A stretch of DNA of 63,933 nt, the filler included, from Collodictyon triciliatum (taxonomy: Eukaryota), in assembly GCA_043381765.1 (NCBI GenBank). It is 4 parts of 4 records of this genome, joined end to end, with 100 filler letters (N's around TTAATTAATTAA, not from the genome) between each part and the next. Parts side by side here need not be neighbours in the genome. Positions count along the whole stretch, not along the records: positions 26,283 to 49,811 come from JBHJMP010001026.1; positions 49,912 to 60,746 come from JBHJMP010001036.1; positions 60,847 to 63,933 come from JBHJMP010001069.1; 1 more part is not named here. One strand, given 5' to 3'. The notes under the pieces were generated by a model. It saw only the letters and a program-made list of their open reading frames with translations. It was not told where the DNA came from and ran no database searches. Made by a program: the position numbers and the translations under genes. Shown in pieces: positions 49,418 through 63,933 of the stretch. The stretch's first letter is position 1. Every line of letters starts with the position of its first letter.

Positions 49418-49437
49418 TTCCTTTATTCGATTCAAAG
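49418..49437 (-). mobile_element. Ultra-short insertion, copy 4
   Basis: Reverse complement of CTTTGAATCGAATAAAGGAA between perfect 20-bp repeats ACTTTGCTAGATATTACTTT (49398-49417, 49438-49457). Confidence 0.8.
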
Positions 49438-49670
49438 ACTTTGCTAGATATTACTTTCACTCGACCTACTATTGTTGCATGGTATAATATTCTTATATTT
49501 TCCACAAAGGCTTTCAAAAATTCAAAAATCTTCGGTGAAATTTCGATTTCTTAATTTCTGTATATATCGTGCAAAAATAAAACGACATAATCAATAAAAC
49601 AAATTAAAAGAAAAAGAATAATGCAAACCAGAAGTGAAAGAATAAAACAAAACTCGAAAATAAAAAAAAA

Positions 49671-49693
49671 TTTTTCCTTTATTCGATTCAAAG
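49671..49693 (-). mobile_element. Ultra-short insertion, copy 5
   Basis: Reverse complement of CTTTGAATCGAATAAAGG(A)5 between repeats TCGAAAATAAAAAAA (49654-49668, 49694-49708). Confidence 0.75.
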
Positions 49694-49811
49694 TCGAAAA
49701 TAAAAAAATAAGCAAAAAAGAATAAGCAAAAAAGAATAAGCAACATTACTTAATGTTTCCCTCTATGATCTCGTTTTTTTTTTTTGAAAGAATTTTTTCG
49801 TGCCCCCATGA

Positions 49812-49911
49812 NNNNNNNNNNNNNNNNNNNNNNNNNNNNNNNNNNNNNNNNNNNNTTAATTAATTAANNNNNNNNNNNNNNNNNNNNNNNNNNNNNNNNN
49901 NNNNNNNNNNN
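49812..49911. other. Artificial contig-join spacer (N44-TTAATTAATTAA-N44)
   Basis: Same 100-bp spacer. Confidence 0.95.
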
Positions 49912-49938
49912 CCATCATCGCCATCATCGCCATCATCG

Positions 49939-50040
<102 letters not shown>

Positions 50041-50124
50041 TCATCATCATCTGCATGTCATTCAATTATTTCTAATCTCTAACACAAAGCAAACCCATAC
50101 TTGCTTCAATGGCATATATGACAG

Positions 50125-51357
50125 GATGTCCATATGATGCCGAGGGGAGACTTTTGTTCGAAAAAGTTGGACAGAATTTGCTCTCCGAATGTAATAGTCG
50201 ATGCTCGTGTGGGTCTGATTGCGGAAACAGAGTTGTCCAGAATGGAGCCAAAGTTGCCCTTCAGGTATGCTGACAAAGTTTGTGTGAATTTCCTTATGAT
50301 TCAAATGATTGAGGAAGCTTTTAGCATACATAAGATAGACGAACTGGTGACTCTAAAGTCGTTTTTCTCTCTCCTCCTCTTATTAGATTACCATATCTTG
50401 CTTTATATTCAATTTACTTTATACTTTCGATGTTGCAAGACCAATCATATTATACATGCATAGATATACAAAACCTTGAAAAAGGGATGGGGAGTCCGAA
50501 CGACCCAACCAATTCGTCGCGGTTTGTGATTATATTCCTTGCACAACCACCTCCTCCCTATTATCAAGAAAGTAAAATAAAATAAACAATCCGTTCCTCG
50601 CTCCATAACAAAAAGGAAGTATACTGAATATGCTTTTATTTTTATGTTTAAAAGTTTTTCCCTCATAGGTACGTTCGTGGGCCAGTATATTGGAGAGGTT
50701 ATCCCAAAGTCAGCTGGGAACGCGAGGGTCAAAAGCGAATATCTATTTGACATAGACGCAGCACGTCCAAGACATAAATATTCGTTTGTGAAATAGCTAA
50801 TATCATTGTGCATCTGCTTCCCGAAGCTGTGTTTTCTACAGAAAATTTTCATACACACAGAAGATTAATTGGTTAAGCATTTTTAAAATTTATTCTGTAA
50901 TTATCACGATTCTATTCCAGAGTTGATGCAGCGAAAAAAGGAAATGTGACCCGATTCTTCAATCACTGTTGCACCCCTAACTTGAGGATATTTAATGTAA
51001 ATATTGCCATCTGAAATCAAATACATACTTGTATATTGTATTTAATTATCGCATACTACAAAAATAGAAGAAAATAATAATAATAATAAAAAAAAAGAAA
51101 ATAAATAAATAGGTGATTTTAATCTAGCTCATAATGCCTAGCATTCAATACTCTTCTCTTCAACACTTTAATCCGATTCTCCTTCAATTCAGGTCCTTAC
51201 AGAAAGCTTGAACCACGAGCTTCATCGCCTCGCTTACTTTGCGACGCGTGACATACTGGCTGGTGAAGAGCTCACCTTCGACTACCAGTACGACACCAAG
51301 AAAAAAGAAGTTCCTTGTTATTGCGAGTCCAAAGAGTGCCGTGGCTTTTACAAGTAG
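50125..51357 (+). CDS. Pre-SET/SET/post-SET histone lysine methyltransferase, SUV39-like (5' partial)
   Basis: Spliced reading ECNSRCSCGSDCGNRVVQNG..|KGWGVRT..|FVGQYIGEVI..EYLFD..|VDAAKKGNVTRFFNHCCTPN|..FATRDILAGEELTFDY..CYCESKECRG, stop 51355-51357. Confidence 0.9.
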
Positions 51358-51831
51358 GGCCATGTCACACCCAAGAGAACCCAAGGAGGGAACCGCATCT
51401 AAAGCACAGCACCCAGGGCTCTCCTTCTCCACGCTCTCAGTGAAGCCTCCGAACAGACTGATTCTTAACCACCAACCCCACCCCAAGGCAGATGCTGCCG
51501 CAAAGAAATATCCCATTATAAACCTGCCAGAGCTTTCCCAGAGTCTGACTGCTCGCTTCTTTTGCAGACAGCTTGACGCGCCACCAACCAATAACAGCGG
51601 GGCGTATTCGTTACCTTGGTGATATATCACGGCCGCCAACGCGTTCTCCACAAATCGCGGAGGAGGTTAAGGAAGGCAGCATGACTCTGTTAAGAGGTTG
51701 TTGGGAGAGCAAACTCGTAAAGCATCCACGCAGGACAAAAGCCCCACCTTTCAAACATGACTCCTTCTCACTCCCCTGGCCTGTGCACGCCAAGCATTCA
51801 GTGTCCGACTCAGCTCTCTTGATCGCGAGGT

Positions 51832-52502
51832 ATGTCTGTCGACCAGACCCTGGCTACAAAGCTTTACACAGACTCTGTGGAGTGGCTTCCAAGCGAAACA
51901 GCGCTGCCGACTCTCGCAGTGGGCTTATATGAGTTGGAAAAGGACACTCGTCGTGGAGGTATTCTTATGGCCACGGTGTCGGACGCTGCTGGAGGCGATG
52001 GAAAAAGGTATATGTGCACGCATGCGTATGCATATGTGCGTATATATTATGTCCCAAGTTTCTATGAAATAATTTGGCTTAAAACGATATATGTGAGTTT
52101 CAGCTGCAGCAGAATATACTATTTTTTCTTCTTCTAATTCATCAGCTTTACGCAATATGATGCATGAATATGTAAACATCTAAATGTGAATTGCCGTCTT
52201 TTTTTTTTTTTAGCGTACTGATACTATGCCCATAGCTCATTAAAGCATTTAACAATCTTTTATGGTGGTTACCTACCTAGGGTCGATGTGGTTCATGAGG
52301 TAGAAGTTGCTGGGGTCCTGGACATGAAATGGTTTGTTTATTTAGTTGCTCTTTCATAGAGGATAAGGAATATAAGAAACTGAAAAGGCTAGAAGAAAAG
52401 GAAAACAAAGACGTTACCACCTCCTTTTATTTTTATTGTTATTATTATTATTACTATTATTATTATTATTATTACTATTATTATTATTATTATTATTATT
52501 AC

Positions 52503-52580
<78 letters not shown>

Positions 52581-54691
52581 TACTATTACTATTACTATTA
52601 CTATTACTATTACTATTACTATTACTATTATTATTTTTATTTTTATTTTTATTTTTATTTTTATTTAAAAGCTGCATTCAATACCCCATCATCTTGTGCA
52701 AATCGAAAGGAAGAATGATAAAATAGCAAACTGAATTGTATAGGAGATTATATCATAAAATTGACCATACCGTCTCAAATAGGACAATGATTCCAGCAAT
52801 TCCCAGCCCTATTCTTTGTGCTGGACTCGCTGATGGGACTGTTCAGCTCTATCAATTCGATGAATCCATGAATAAGGTTAGACTTCTGGCTCGAAGCTAC
52901 TGCTGATTTTTAACTTTATAAGCACATAATTCGAAAACATTAAAAATCAAAACAGTTGTTTAAAAAAAAACCCCGAAAAAATATTATGTTATATGAATTT
53001 AAGACATTATGAATAGTTGGATTTCGTGTCTGAGAGTTCTCTTGGTGGCGTATTATGTCTATCATTGGATTTGAACAATATTAACCGCGCTGAAAGGTTG
53101 AAATTTTACTGTAATTCTGCTCATTTAAGAAAAAAAAATTGAAATCTTTATAATAAACCAAGGACTTGAATATCATAAATAGCATTTTTTGTAAATACAT
53201 AAAATACCAATACCGTACGCTGGAGATTTCACCCACAAACAGTTTCATTATCGGTTTCCTCTTTCCTACCTATTTAGTGAGCCAAAGATTGTTGTTAGTC
53301 GAAATGATGGCGCCATCAGTTTATTGTCTCTTGCAAAAAGTGGTGTCGAGGAAAGCGAAACCTGGAAAGCACATGAGTTTGAGGCTTGGGTGGCTGCTTT
53401 CAATTATCATGACACTAATTTGGTTCTCACTGGCTCAGATGACTGTCTCATGAAAGGATGGGACGTGCGCGTCGATAAATCAAGACCGATGTTTATTTCA
53501 AAAACGTAAGAAAAGAAATATGTATTTATATATTTTAAAAAAAACCTACTTCTTGGTCGATTGCTTACCTTTTAGGCACAATATTTTTCATGTCTTTCGT
53601 TTCATGTTTCATCAGTTGTTATATGTAGTTTATGAAATATCCCGGCATTAGAGCAGCTGAACTTATAACAACGTCAATAATTTATTTTTTTGAAATGAGA
53701 TACTGTTTGGCCTCTAGTCACCCTTTTAATATGACACATTAGACATACAATGGGTGTTTGCAGTATCCAAAGCCACCCTCAAGAGGAGTTTATCTTGGCT
53801 ACTGGAAGGTATGTAGTATTATAACGCACTTATTCCAAGATACTAAAACTATTCCGCTAAGCGCTTTGATGCACTTTCTTCCTCAATATTCAGCTATGAC
53901 GAGTATATCAGATTGTGGGACACCAGGTCCTTTAAACGCCCTCTTCTGGAACAGAAGTTAGGTGGCGGAGTTTGGAGGATAAAGTGGAATTCGGTTAAAA
54001 ATAAGAAAGTGTTAGTTGCAACCATGCAGGATGGGTTCAAGGTGATTTTCGTCCATCACATTTCCCTCNNNNNNNNNNNNNNNNNNNNNNNNNNNNNNNN
54101 NNNNNNNNNNNNNNNNNNNNNNNNNNNNNNNNNNNNNNNNNNNNNNNNNNNNNNNNNNNNNNNNNNNNNNNNNNNNNNNNNNNNNNNNNNNNNNNNNNNN
54201 NNNNNNNNNNNNNNNNNNNNNNNNNNNNNNNNNNNNNNNNNNNNNNNNNNNNNNNNNNNNNNNNNNNNNNNNNNNNNNNNNNNNNNNNNNNNNNNNNAAA
54301 AAAAATTGGTGTGATTCGAGCGGGAAAAAAAAACCCTTCTTGTTTGTATTGGTGGATTAAACAATACAAGCCGAAACGAAACCATCAACGCACTCTCATT
54401 TTGTTTTCCTTGTGATTATCATTTAAATGGTGAAAACACAGGTGCTTCAATTTGATGATGTAACGGACGGAAAAGAGGGTACTTGATTGGTCGCTTCATA
54501 CATTTTAGCGTAGTGCGATTATTTTTGATACATATGTATTCTAAATTGAGTGCAATCTTGTAGCTTCTGTCATCCAACATATCAAGGAACGTTCGTCTCT
54601 GGCTTATGGCGTTGGGTGGGATGCCACTGGCAAACTCGCAGCCGGGGCGTCGTTCTATGATAGAGCACTCCATATCTGGGCTTGCGAATGA
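51832..54691 (+). CDS. DPH7: Diphthine methylesterase DPH7/WDR85 (WD40)
   Basis: Motifs DSVEW, AVGLYEL, GVLDMKW, AHEFEAWVAAF, TGSDD, HTMGVCSI, TGSYDE, GGGVWRIKW, SLAYG..W, SFYD..LHIW. Confidence 0.88.
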
Positions 54692-55316
54692 GAGGGGAAA
54701 ACCAAGGAAATAAACAAAGAATAAACCGTCTTGAAAGGGTGGCTGCCCGCACAATACCTGCAAGATCAAAAATATACTATTAAGAGGAAACAGGTATTAA
54801 GCACGCGATGAAGAATTCAGGAGCTCGGGTGTGCTCTTCGATTGAATCAATACGCGCTTATAACGATGGCCTAAGATTGGATTCCATACCAAGGAAAATG
54901 CATACATCCAGTAATAAAAAAAAAAGTGGTTGGTAGATGGAACGGTGTGTGAGTCAGTTTTTTTTTTTTTTTTTTGTTTATTGCTTCTGTCGCCAACTGA
55001 AGATGGGTTTGTTTGGTTAGGGTTCTTATTTTTGTTGCTGTTTCCTCTCCCGGCGATTGGCTTATAAGGCAAAAGGTCTATAAGAGAACAAGGTCGTCAG
55101 AACAAGACATTTTTACATAATAGAAGTGGCTATTCCACATATTTACGCAACTTCATGATAATATATATTTCTTACAAGGGAAAGCAATGAGTCTTCACGC
55201 CCTTCTAAATCGAGTCCCCCAGACACAAACAAAAGTAAGTGAACAGAAACTTACATTTCAGTCGCTCTACTGAATGGCCAAGATTACTCTTGTAATTCAG
55301 AGAACTCTTCAGCAGC

Positions 55317-55814
55317 TTATCTCCTGATCGCACTAAATTCTCTTTCAAAGTCAGACATCCCTACGAATCTTCCCTCACCCCCCGGCAAAGAAGCAGGTGC
55401 TGCTGCGGGGCAGTATGGTACATTTTTCCCAATTCTTCGAGATGATAGTTTTGGCACTGGCCGTAAAACACCTTCCTTATAAATAATTCGAGTTTTGTTC
55501 TGCTTCGGCTGGATGAATTCCCCCTGAATGCTTGCAGGCTTTTGCTCTGCTTTGCGATTGTCCTTACGCAAGTTTTTCATTCGGGAACGAGTCTTTGTCT
55601 TCAAGCGAACTGGTGGCGCTTCTTCTTGATCTTGCAATTCTCTTTCGAATTTTGGTCGCTATGGAATGTGAAGATTGTCAAACAAGTTAATGTATTATAA
55701 TCAAAGATATAACATGTGATTTTCATGAATTGTCAAGACATGAACAGGATTACAATCGAGAATGATTGTGGTATTGGACTTCTGTTTGTATCGTTATTCG
55801 TGTGAAGTGTTTTT

Positions 55815-55863
<49 letters not shown>

Positions 55864-57176
55864 CATTATTATTATTCCTATCATCACGTTAACAATTGGG
55901 ATTTTATGAATCTGAAGGAATTGCCTTGTCTTGGTCATCGAAGAAAGAGGGAGTCCCCCTCTTCCCAGGTAAAATGGAATCTTCATTTTTGTTTACTTTA
56001 AGGGGGGCTTCTTTACGATTTGATAGAAAGTTATAATCTGAAGATGAGTGCAGAGGCATGAATCCGTTGTCAACAAGATTTTCGGGAAAGACAGTCTATA
56101 ATCACGATACATTACACCATGTAAAAATGGTATCACTTACAGAAACGGATGTGCATATTTGATGGATGGAAGAGCAATATTAAATAATTATGTTACGTTT
56201 GTAATCTTTTGTTCGGAGATTTTGTTTGTCGATGGGTCACTAGTGGTATCATTTTTCGTCTCTGAGGGTGGTTTAGTCTCGGGTATATTCTGAAATTTAG
56301 CAGGTCGCTTTTGAATGACACGCGAGCGAGAATCCTGGTTGTCGTCATCATCATCATCACTTCCAGTCATATTCCGGGCGCTATTGCCTCTTCTTTGATT
56401 CCTTGCTGCAGAGGAAAGTTTGGAGTGAAGTTGAGGGCGTTCTATGACTCTGCCTGAGTCAAAGGTATCAGTGGAATGTGCTTTCGGACCCTTGGTAATC
56501 CGCTTCGCAATTTTTTCTGAGACTGCATCCGAAAATCCAGCAATAGCCTTGTTGTGGGGTACAAAATTTGCTCCAATACCAAGTCTACAAATGTTGTGGT
56601 TGAGTAAGAAGTGAGTCAAGGATCTCATTATCTATAATGTCTTTTGTCGACAGCAAAGAGTAATGATTTTCAGGACCTTCCATAAAAAATTGACAAAAAA
56701 AAAATCAATAAAAATAAAGTGTGTGTAGAAGCTGAAGGAGCCCAAGAGAATTAAAAAAAAAAGAAAAGAGCGAGCTACCTGGTTGGGCGAAGGGCTTGCG
56801 AATCATCTCCTTGCTCGTCGTGCTCTGGCTGCGCGTCGTCATCTGAGTTTTTTTTTGTTTTTTGTTTTTTCGTTTTTTGTTTTTTGTTTTTTGTTTTTTA
56901 TAAATATAGCGTGTCTTTTCAATTTTCACAAGAAAGCAAAAATATCTGTGCTTGATAAGAAAAAGAATAAGAAAAGAGGGGGTTGAAATAGAAGACAAAA
57001 ACAATTTCTGCAAAACTCTTGCGCACTGTCAACGAAGCAGAGCCGAAAAAAAAAAAGGAGTGGGTTGTAGTTGGAAGGAAACCTGCAAGGAGATACTTTC
57101 TGGCAAAGTCCTTAGCATCATCCTTGATCACCAGTGTTGTCTCTGCTCCTTCGTTTCCTCGCTTCGCTGCGGCCAT
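55317..57176 (-). CDS. Small basic/hydrophilic protein of unknown function (RPTRLGIGA and RSRMKNLRKDNR motifs)
   Basis: Exons ~57083-57176, 56779-56842, ~56197-56584, 55317-~55658 splice plausibly in frame. Confidence 0.6.
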
Positions 57177-57361
57177 CTCCTGTGCGACATCATGTCCTTT
57201 GTGTTAACTATTTTTTTCTTTCTCTTTCCTGTGCCTCTTGTGGTCTTTTCAGCTGTTTCCTTCCTCCGACTACACAACAGGCAACGCCGCGCGCAGAGTG
57301 AAAATCATGTCCAGTGATCAAAAATACTGATTCGGCCACTAATTTCTGGAGATATTCCCAT

Positions 57362-58050
57362 TTTAGTTTTTTTTTTCAGTTTCTTTTCATTTAATTTTTT
57401 TTCTATCGAATTTGTGCGGGATGGTGGAGATGTTGGACTTGTTTTTCTAGCCATCATTTGCATGGACGCTACTTGGTGGCCGGGTGGCGGAGAAGTAGTC
57501 GGTAATCAGCAATTGCATCCTGCGGTTTGGCCTGTAGCCTGGGTCTTGTGCTTGCATGAGAGAGACAAGGCGAGGTTTAATGTCTTTCTCAGCCTCTTTC
57601 CACATGTCTCTTCTCACAGGGTCGGAGTAGTAGAGAACGTACAGGTGGCGAAGAAAGCTATCGAGGAAAGAGATTTGTATGATGTCATCCAGCCTATTAT
57701 CAGGAATGGGTGGCTGATTGTTGAGTCTTGCTTTGCGTGAGTATATGCGCGCTATCCACATAGTCCATAGCAAATGGCCTCACGTCACCGCCCAGAATGT
57801 TTTTGCATCTGGATGCAGCTGTTGCAGAGAGCTCCAATATCGCCTGGATTGGGCCAACAGCTACAGCCGTCTTGAGTGTCAGTCGAAGAGTCTCACTGGC
57901 TGTTTTGCACAGGTTTTGAGCGAAGGACATTGGTCTCCTTGCCCTCTACTTTTTCATCACTGTGGTAGTATCTGAGCAAGCAGCTTGAACTTACCTCGAA
58001 AGTAGATGCAGCAGACGAGCGCATACAGGTCGCCTTTACTAGGAGCTCAT
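57362..58050 (-). mobile_element. Longer degenerate 3' fragment of the same L1/Tx1-like LINE (ORF2 C-terminus + A-rich tail)
   Basis: Aligns with 17950-18272. Encodes HLLWTMWIAR.., resembling the W-x-x-W-x-x-R motif at the end of L1/Tx1 ORF2; stops upstream; the 5' boundary is approximate. Confidence 0.65.
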
Positions 58051-58485
58051 TGAACGAAGGCTTGTGGCTGGTAAGCAGTTTGGGTGAACGAAAGCTTGGA
58101 CGCTTTCCGGGCCTGAATCAGCCCGGCGCTGTTGCTCTTTTAAGCCGAATCATCGGGTTAGGAAAGAAAAAGTGGCGCACCCACACTAGAGCGAGATTTC
58201 TTTGTCCTTTTATTGTCTTCAAAACAAAACCAGAAAAAACGGTAAGAAAAATGGGAAAATTACTCTGGAAAAGATTCTGATTGACTTTTTTTTGGGTTAC
58301 TTTTGTGAAGAGATGAAGAACATGGCTTTTCGTGCCATCAACCCGCCCCTACTTCGATTTTCCAAACAGAAGGAAAAAAAATAATCACAAAAGTGCGGAC
58401 TGGATGGGAATATACAAAGAAAAAAGAAGGAAAAAAATCGACGAACATGACACGATGTAGAGGGAGTCAGTTATGTGTGAAATAG

Positions 58486-60640
<2,155 letters not shown>

Positions 60641-60746
60641 GTTTAAAGGGAGGGGGGGGGGGGGGGGGGGGATCATTCTATGTGTCTTGGTGGTTTTTTT
60701 AAAAAACTTTTTTTTTTTAACTTATTAACCCAATTCACACAAAAAA

Positions 60747-60846
60747 NNNNNNNNNNNNNNNNNNNNNNNNNNNNNNNNNNNNNNNNNNNNTTAATTAATT
60801 AANNNNNNNNNNNNNNNNNNNNNNNNNNNNNNNNNNNNNNNNNNNN
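60747..60846. other. Artificial contig-join spacer (N44-TTAATTAATTAA-N44)
   Basis: Same 100-bp spacer. Confidence 0.95.
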
Positions 60847-60960
60847 GCGTCGCCATGTTGGGAATAACTTTGTGAATATCATATTTTCGGACAAAAAGCC
60901 TCGCGAATACGACGACCGCATCATATCGGTAAAATAGAACTGCATTGAAACCAGCGTCCT

Positions 60961-61404
60961 TTTTTCTTTTATCTTTTATCTTTTATCTTTTATCTTTTAT
61001 CTTTTATCTTTTATCTTTTATCTTTTATCTTTTATCTTTTATCTTTTATCTTTTATCTTTTATCTTTTATCTTTTTTTTTTATCTTTTATTTTTTATTTT
61101 TTATCTTTTATTTTTTATTTTTTATTTTTTATCTTTTATTTTTTATCTTTTATTTTTTATCTTTTATTTTTTCTTTTATTTTTTTCTTTTTTTCTTATCT
61201 TTTATTTTTTATCTTTTATTTTTTATCTTTTATTTTTTATCTTTTATTTTTTATCTTTTATTTTTTATCTTTTATTTTTTATCTTTTATTTTTTATCTTT
61301 TATTTTTTATCTTTTATTTTTTATCTTTTATCTTTTATCTTTTATCTTTTATCTTTTATCTTTTATCTTTTATCTTTTATCTTTTATCTTTTATCTTTAT
61401 CTTT
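60961..61404. repeat. (TTTTATC)n/(TTTTTTA)n heptamer array
   Basis: Direct reading. Confidence 0.9.
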
Positions 61405-61482
61405 GATCTTTCGTCTTTTATCTCTTTTTTTTTTCTTTTTACTTTTGTCATTTGTCTTTTGTCTTTTATCTTTTTCTTTTTT

Positions 61483-61514
<32 letters not shown>

Positions 61515-61599
61515 TTTTTTGTCTATATGCTGACACTTATGAGACCATACTCCAACTGCCAAAAAACGTTTCACAAGAGACCCTAGTAAATCAGATACT

Positions 61600-63500
61600 T
61601 GCCACCATCCGTCCTTCAACACGGGCCAATTCAAACTATGTGAATACGATTAACCAACTCCGATGACGGGCATACTTCCTATGTTTTGTGTTCCTTCGCC
61701 GCAAACATCCAAATCCCATCTTCTTTCCCATTCACATATGAAAACATCGTATCGAAGGATGACTGGCCATCCACGTGCGAGAGGGATAGCGCTTATCATG
61801 CCGATGTAAACATCTCATTTTATCTTGTGCGCTTCGCCGCAACAACCATAAACACAATGTGGGTGGAAGCAGCTGTTGCCCCTGTTCTGACCAAAACTTT
61901 TTCAGATAGCTTGCGTGCCTGCATCTACGCCTGTGCATCTGAATGTAATGGAACTACCTCCAACTGGGAGGAGCGTTCGCGACAGTGCAAGTGATTGAGC
62001 AGGCCGGCTTTGTGCCGGCACAGACGACGTCCTGAGAAAGCTCCGGCTGACGCGCTTCACACAACGAATGGTTATCAATAAATAAACAAATAAAAAAAGT
62101 AAAAAAAGAAATCATGTGGCGAATACATCTGATTGAAGCGGGTGGCGTTCGGACTCGCTCGCGTATTCATCTGCTTCGTTTCACTTCGAAAGACGCCATC
62201 ACGTCGCGCTCTGACAGGCTGTCATCCAATCATGATACTTGAGCAGCGAGTTGGTTTGCGCATCGGGATTTATTCACGCGCCACACATCGCCACACCGAC
62301 GTCCACAACAGAAATTCAGAAGAGAGGAGTTTGCTGTGACTATAAGGAAAGACATGAGAAATGAAATCAATGCAACGATGAACAGCAGTATTCGACGGGA
62401 GCACAAAGAAATGACAGGCCAGCAAGCTCGGAGTGGCAGAAGAAAATAAAAAATGGAAGGGGCAGGAACGTTGGCAGAGCGGGATTCTATCACGGCCATC
62501 AGAATCGACGAAGCGGACCAGCCACAAACATGACGGCGCATTCCTATCCTTGTGCGTCTTTGTCGAGCGCGCACTCGACGTCTTGCGGCAGCCTGGGGGG
62601 AACATGGGCTTCGAATGCCGGCGCTGCGAGGCGGATTCATGGATAGACTCTTGCACAGCGCGAATCCTCAGGTGTATGGGCGGCAATGGACGGCCAACCC
62701 ACCTTGAGCTGCTCCAGTGGGCGGCGCCTGTTGAACGCAGAGCGCGGCGCCCAGAACCGCTCCCACTTGTGGAGGAACGATCGTCTCCGCCGGATTGTAC
62801 TGAGTCTTGCTCAGGTTCAGCTGCGAACAGAGACGGACCGCCTTTTGTCAATATCGCAAGTTAAAACGTCTATCCCCATCGCTGAGTTTTTTTTTTGTCT
62901 TGATTCCGCTGCCATCCTGCTTACCGCTTTGGCGTCCCTCCACTGCCCCGCGGAGTCAAGGTTTGTGTTGCGAGACAAACGTTGCTTGGCTCCGCGGCGA
63001 GACGGTCCGGCTGCGGCCCAGCTTGCTGGTGGGACGAGGGCCACGGGATTCACAGGATGGCCTAAAGCGTGGCGAAACAGCCAGATGGATTAATTATGGA
63101 GCACATATATCACAAAGGTTGCCGTGATTGTAATGTATATTTTGCTGGTTGTTGTATGGTTGTTGAAAGGTATCTTCCTTGTGTCGAATATTCAGAGGTT
63201 TCTATGATAGTGATAGGCACGTCGAGATGCGTAGATTTTTTTTTTCTATATGCAGGGCTCGACGCGAGCCAGATGTAGGCTGCCTTGAATGAAATGGGCG
63301 CGCTGAGCGCTCGCGCAGTTCGAAGGGGCGGAGGATGCCCACACGTGCGGCACGACACCGGCATCGCGTGAGAACTTGACGAGAAGCTGCGTTTTCGTTG
63401 ATGGAGCAACTGCACGCCTGTTCATCTATGACGGGCACCTGATGAAGGTTGATTGTCGGCCCAAATCCAGCGTTATATTCAGTATATCGAAATTGATCGA
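61600..63500 (-). pseudogene. GC-rich degenerate coding-like region, possibly a decayed mobile element
   Basis: Protein-like minus-strand frames interrupted by many stops and frameshifts; only weak motif resemblance. Confidence 0.3.
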
Positions 63501-63650
63501 CACACACTGATGTCTATAGTAACCTCTTTTTTTTCTTTTTTTTCTTTTGGTTGTTTTTTTTGGTGTTTTTTCTGTGTTGTTTTTTTAAAGAAACACCGAT
63601 TACAAAAGATTCAAAGGATGCAAGGAATAAAAATAACAGCTTGCCTTGCA

Positions 63651-63770
63651 CTTCCGTCAGTGTTTGCCATGATCTCTTCTGATTTCTTGCGCAACTCTTC
63701 GAGCTTTTGGAATGCATCTTGCTTAAGCTTCTTCTCTTTGGCAAGGTCGATTCGCATGCGGGATAGTTCC
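63651..63770 (-). CDS. Coiled-coil exon of a gene extending beyond the window
   Basis: AG..GT-bounded exon ELSRMRIDLAKEKKLKQDAFQKLEELRKKSEEIMANTDG. Confidence 0.5.
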
Positions 63771-63933
63771 TGTTTAAATCAATTCATGCGATGCAGGAAT
63801 GCTTATCGTTAATGAATCAAACGAGGGGAAAATCAAATGTCCAGCACAATTAGAAATTAATGTGTCAGTAGTTATGATTACTATACTAAATATCTAAACA
63901 AACAAAACAAACAAAAAAATGAAACGTAGCGAA

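Overview
AT-rich, intron-dense eukaryotic (protist-like, plausibly amoebozoan) draft sequence. It consists of at least four contigs joined by artificial 100-bp spacers (N44-TTAATTAATTAA-N44), so adjacency across 26.2, 49.8 and 60.8 kb is not biological. Recognisable spliced genes: a PHD-finger protein, a SWIM-finger protein, a signal-peptide/LRR/Cys-rich/multi-TM receptor with 14 consecutive 69-nt one-repeat exons, an atypical Sec23, OST48/WBP1, an SRSF4/5/6-type SR protein, a C2 + GYPP-repeat protein, a BSD protein, ribonucleotide reductase R2, DUF167, SLX1, a SUV39-type SET protein (partial), DPH7 and an RI-like LRR protein (partial). Non-coding highlights: (1) six copies of an ultra-short element, CTTTGAATCGAATAAAGG+(A)n, all starting at the same 5' position, four with clear 12-20 bp target-site duplications; (2) L1/Tx1-like LINE remnants, including a 65-nt insertion with a perfect 18-bp TSD; (3) a duplicated candidate RNase P RNA gene, one copy with a disrupted P4; (4) a candidate 2-nt poison microexon in the SR gene. 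All gene models were read by eye; no database search was run.
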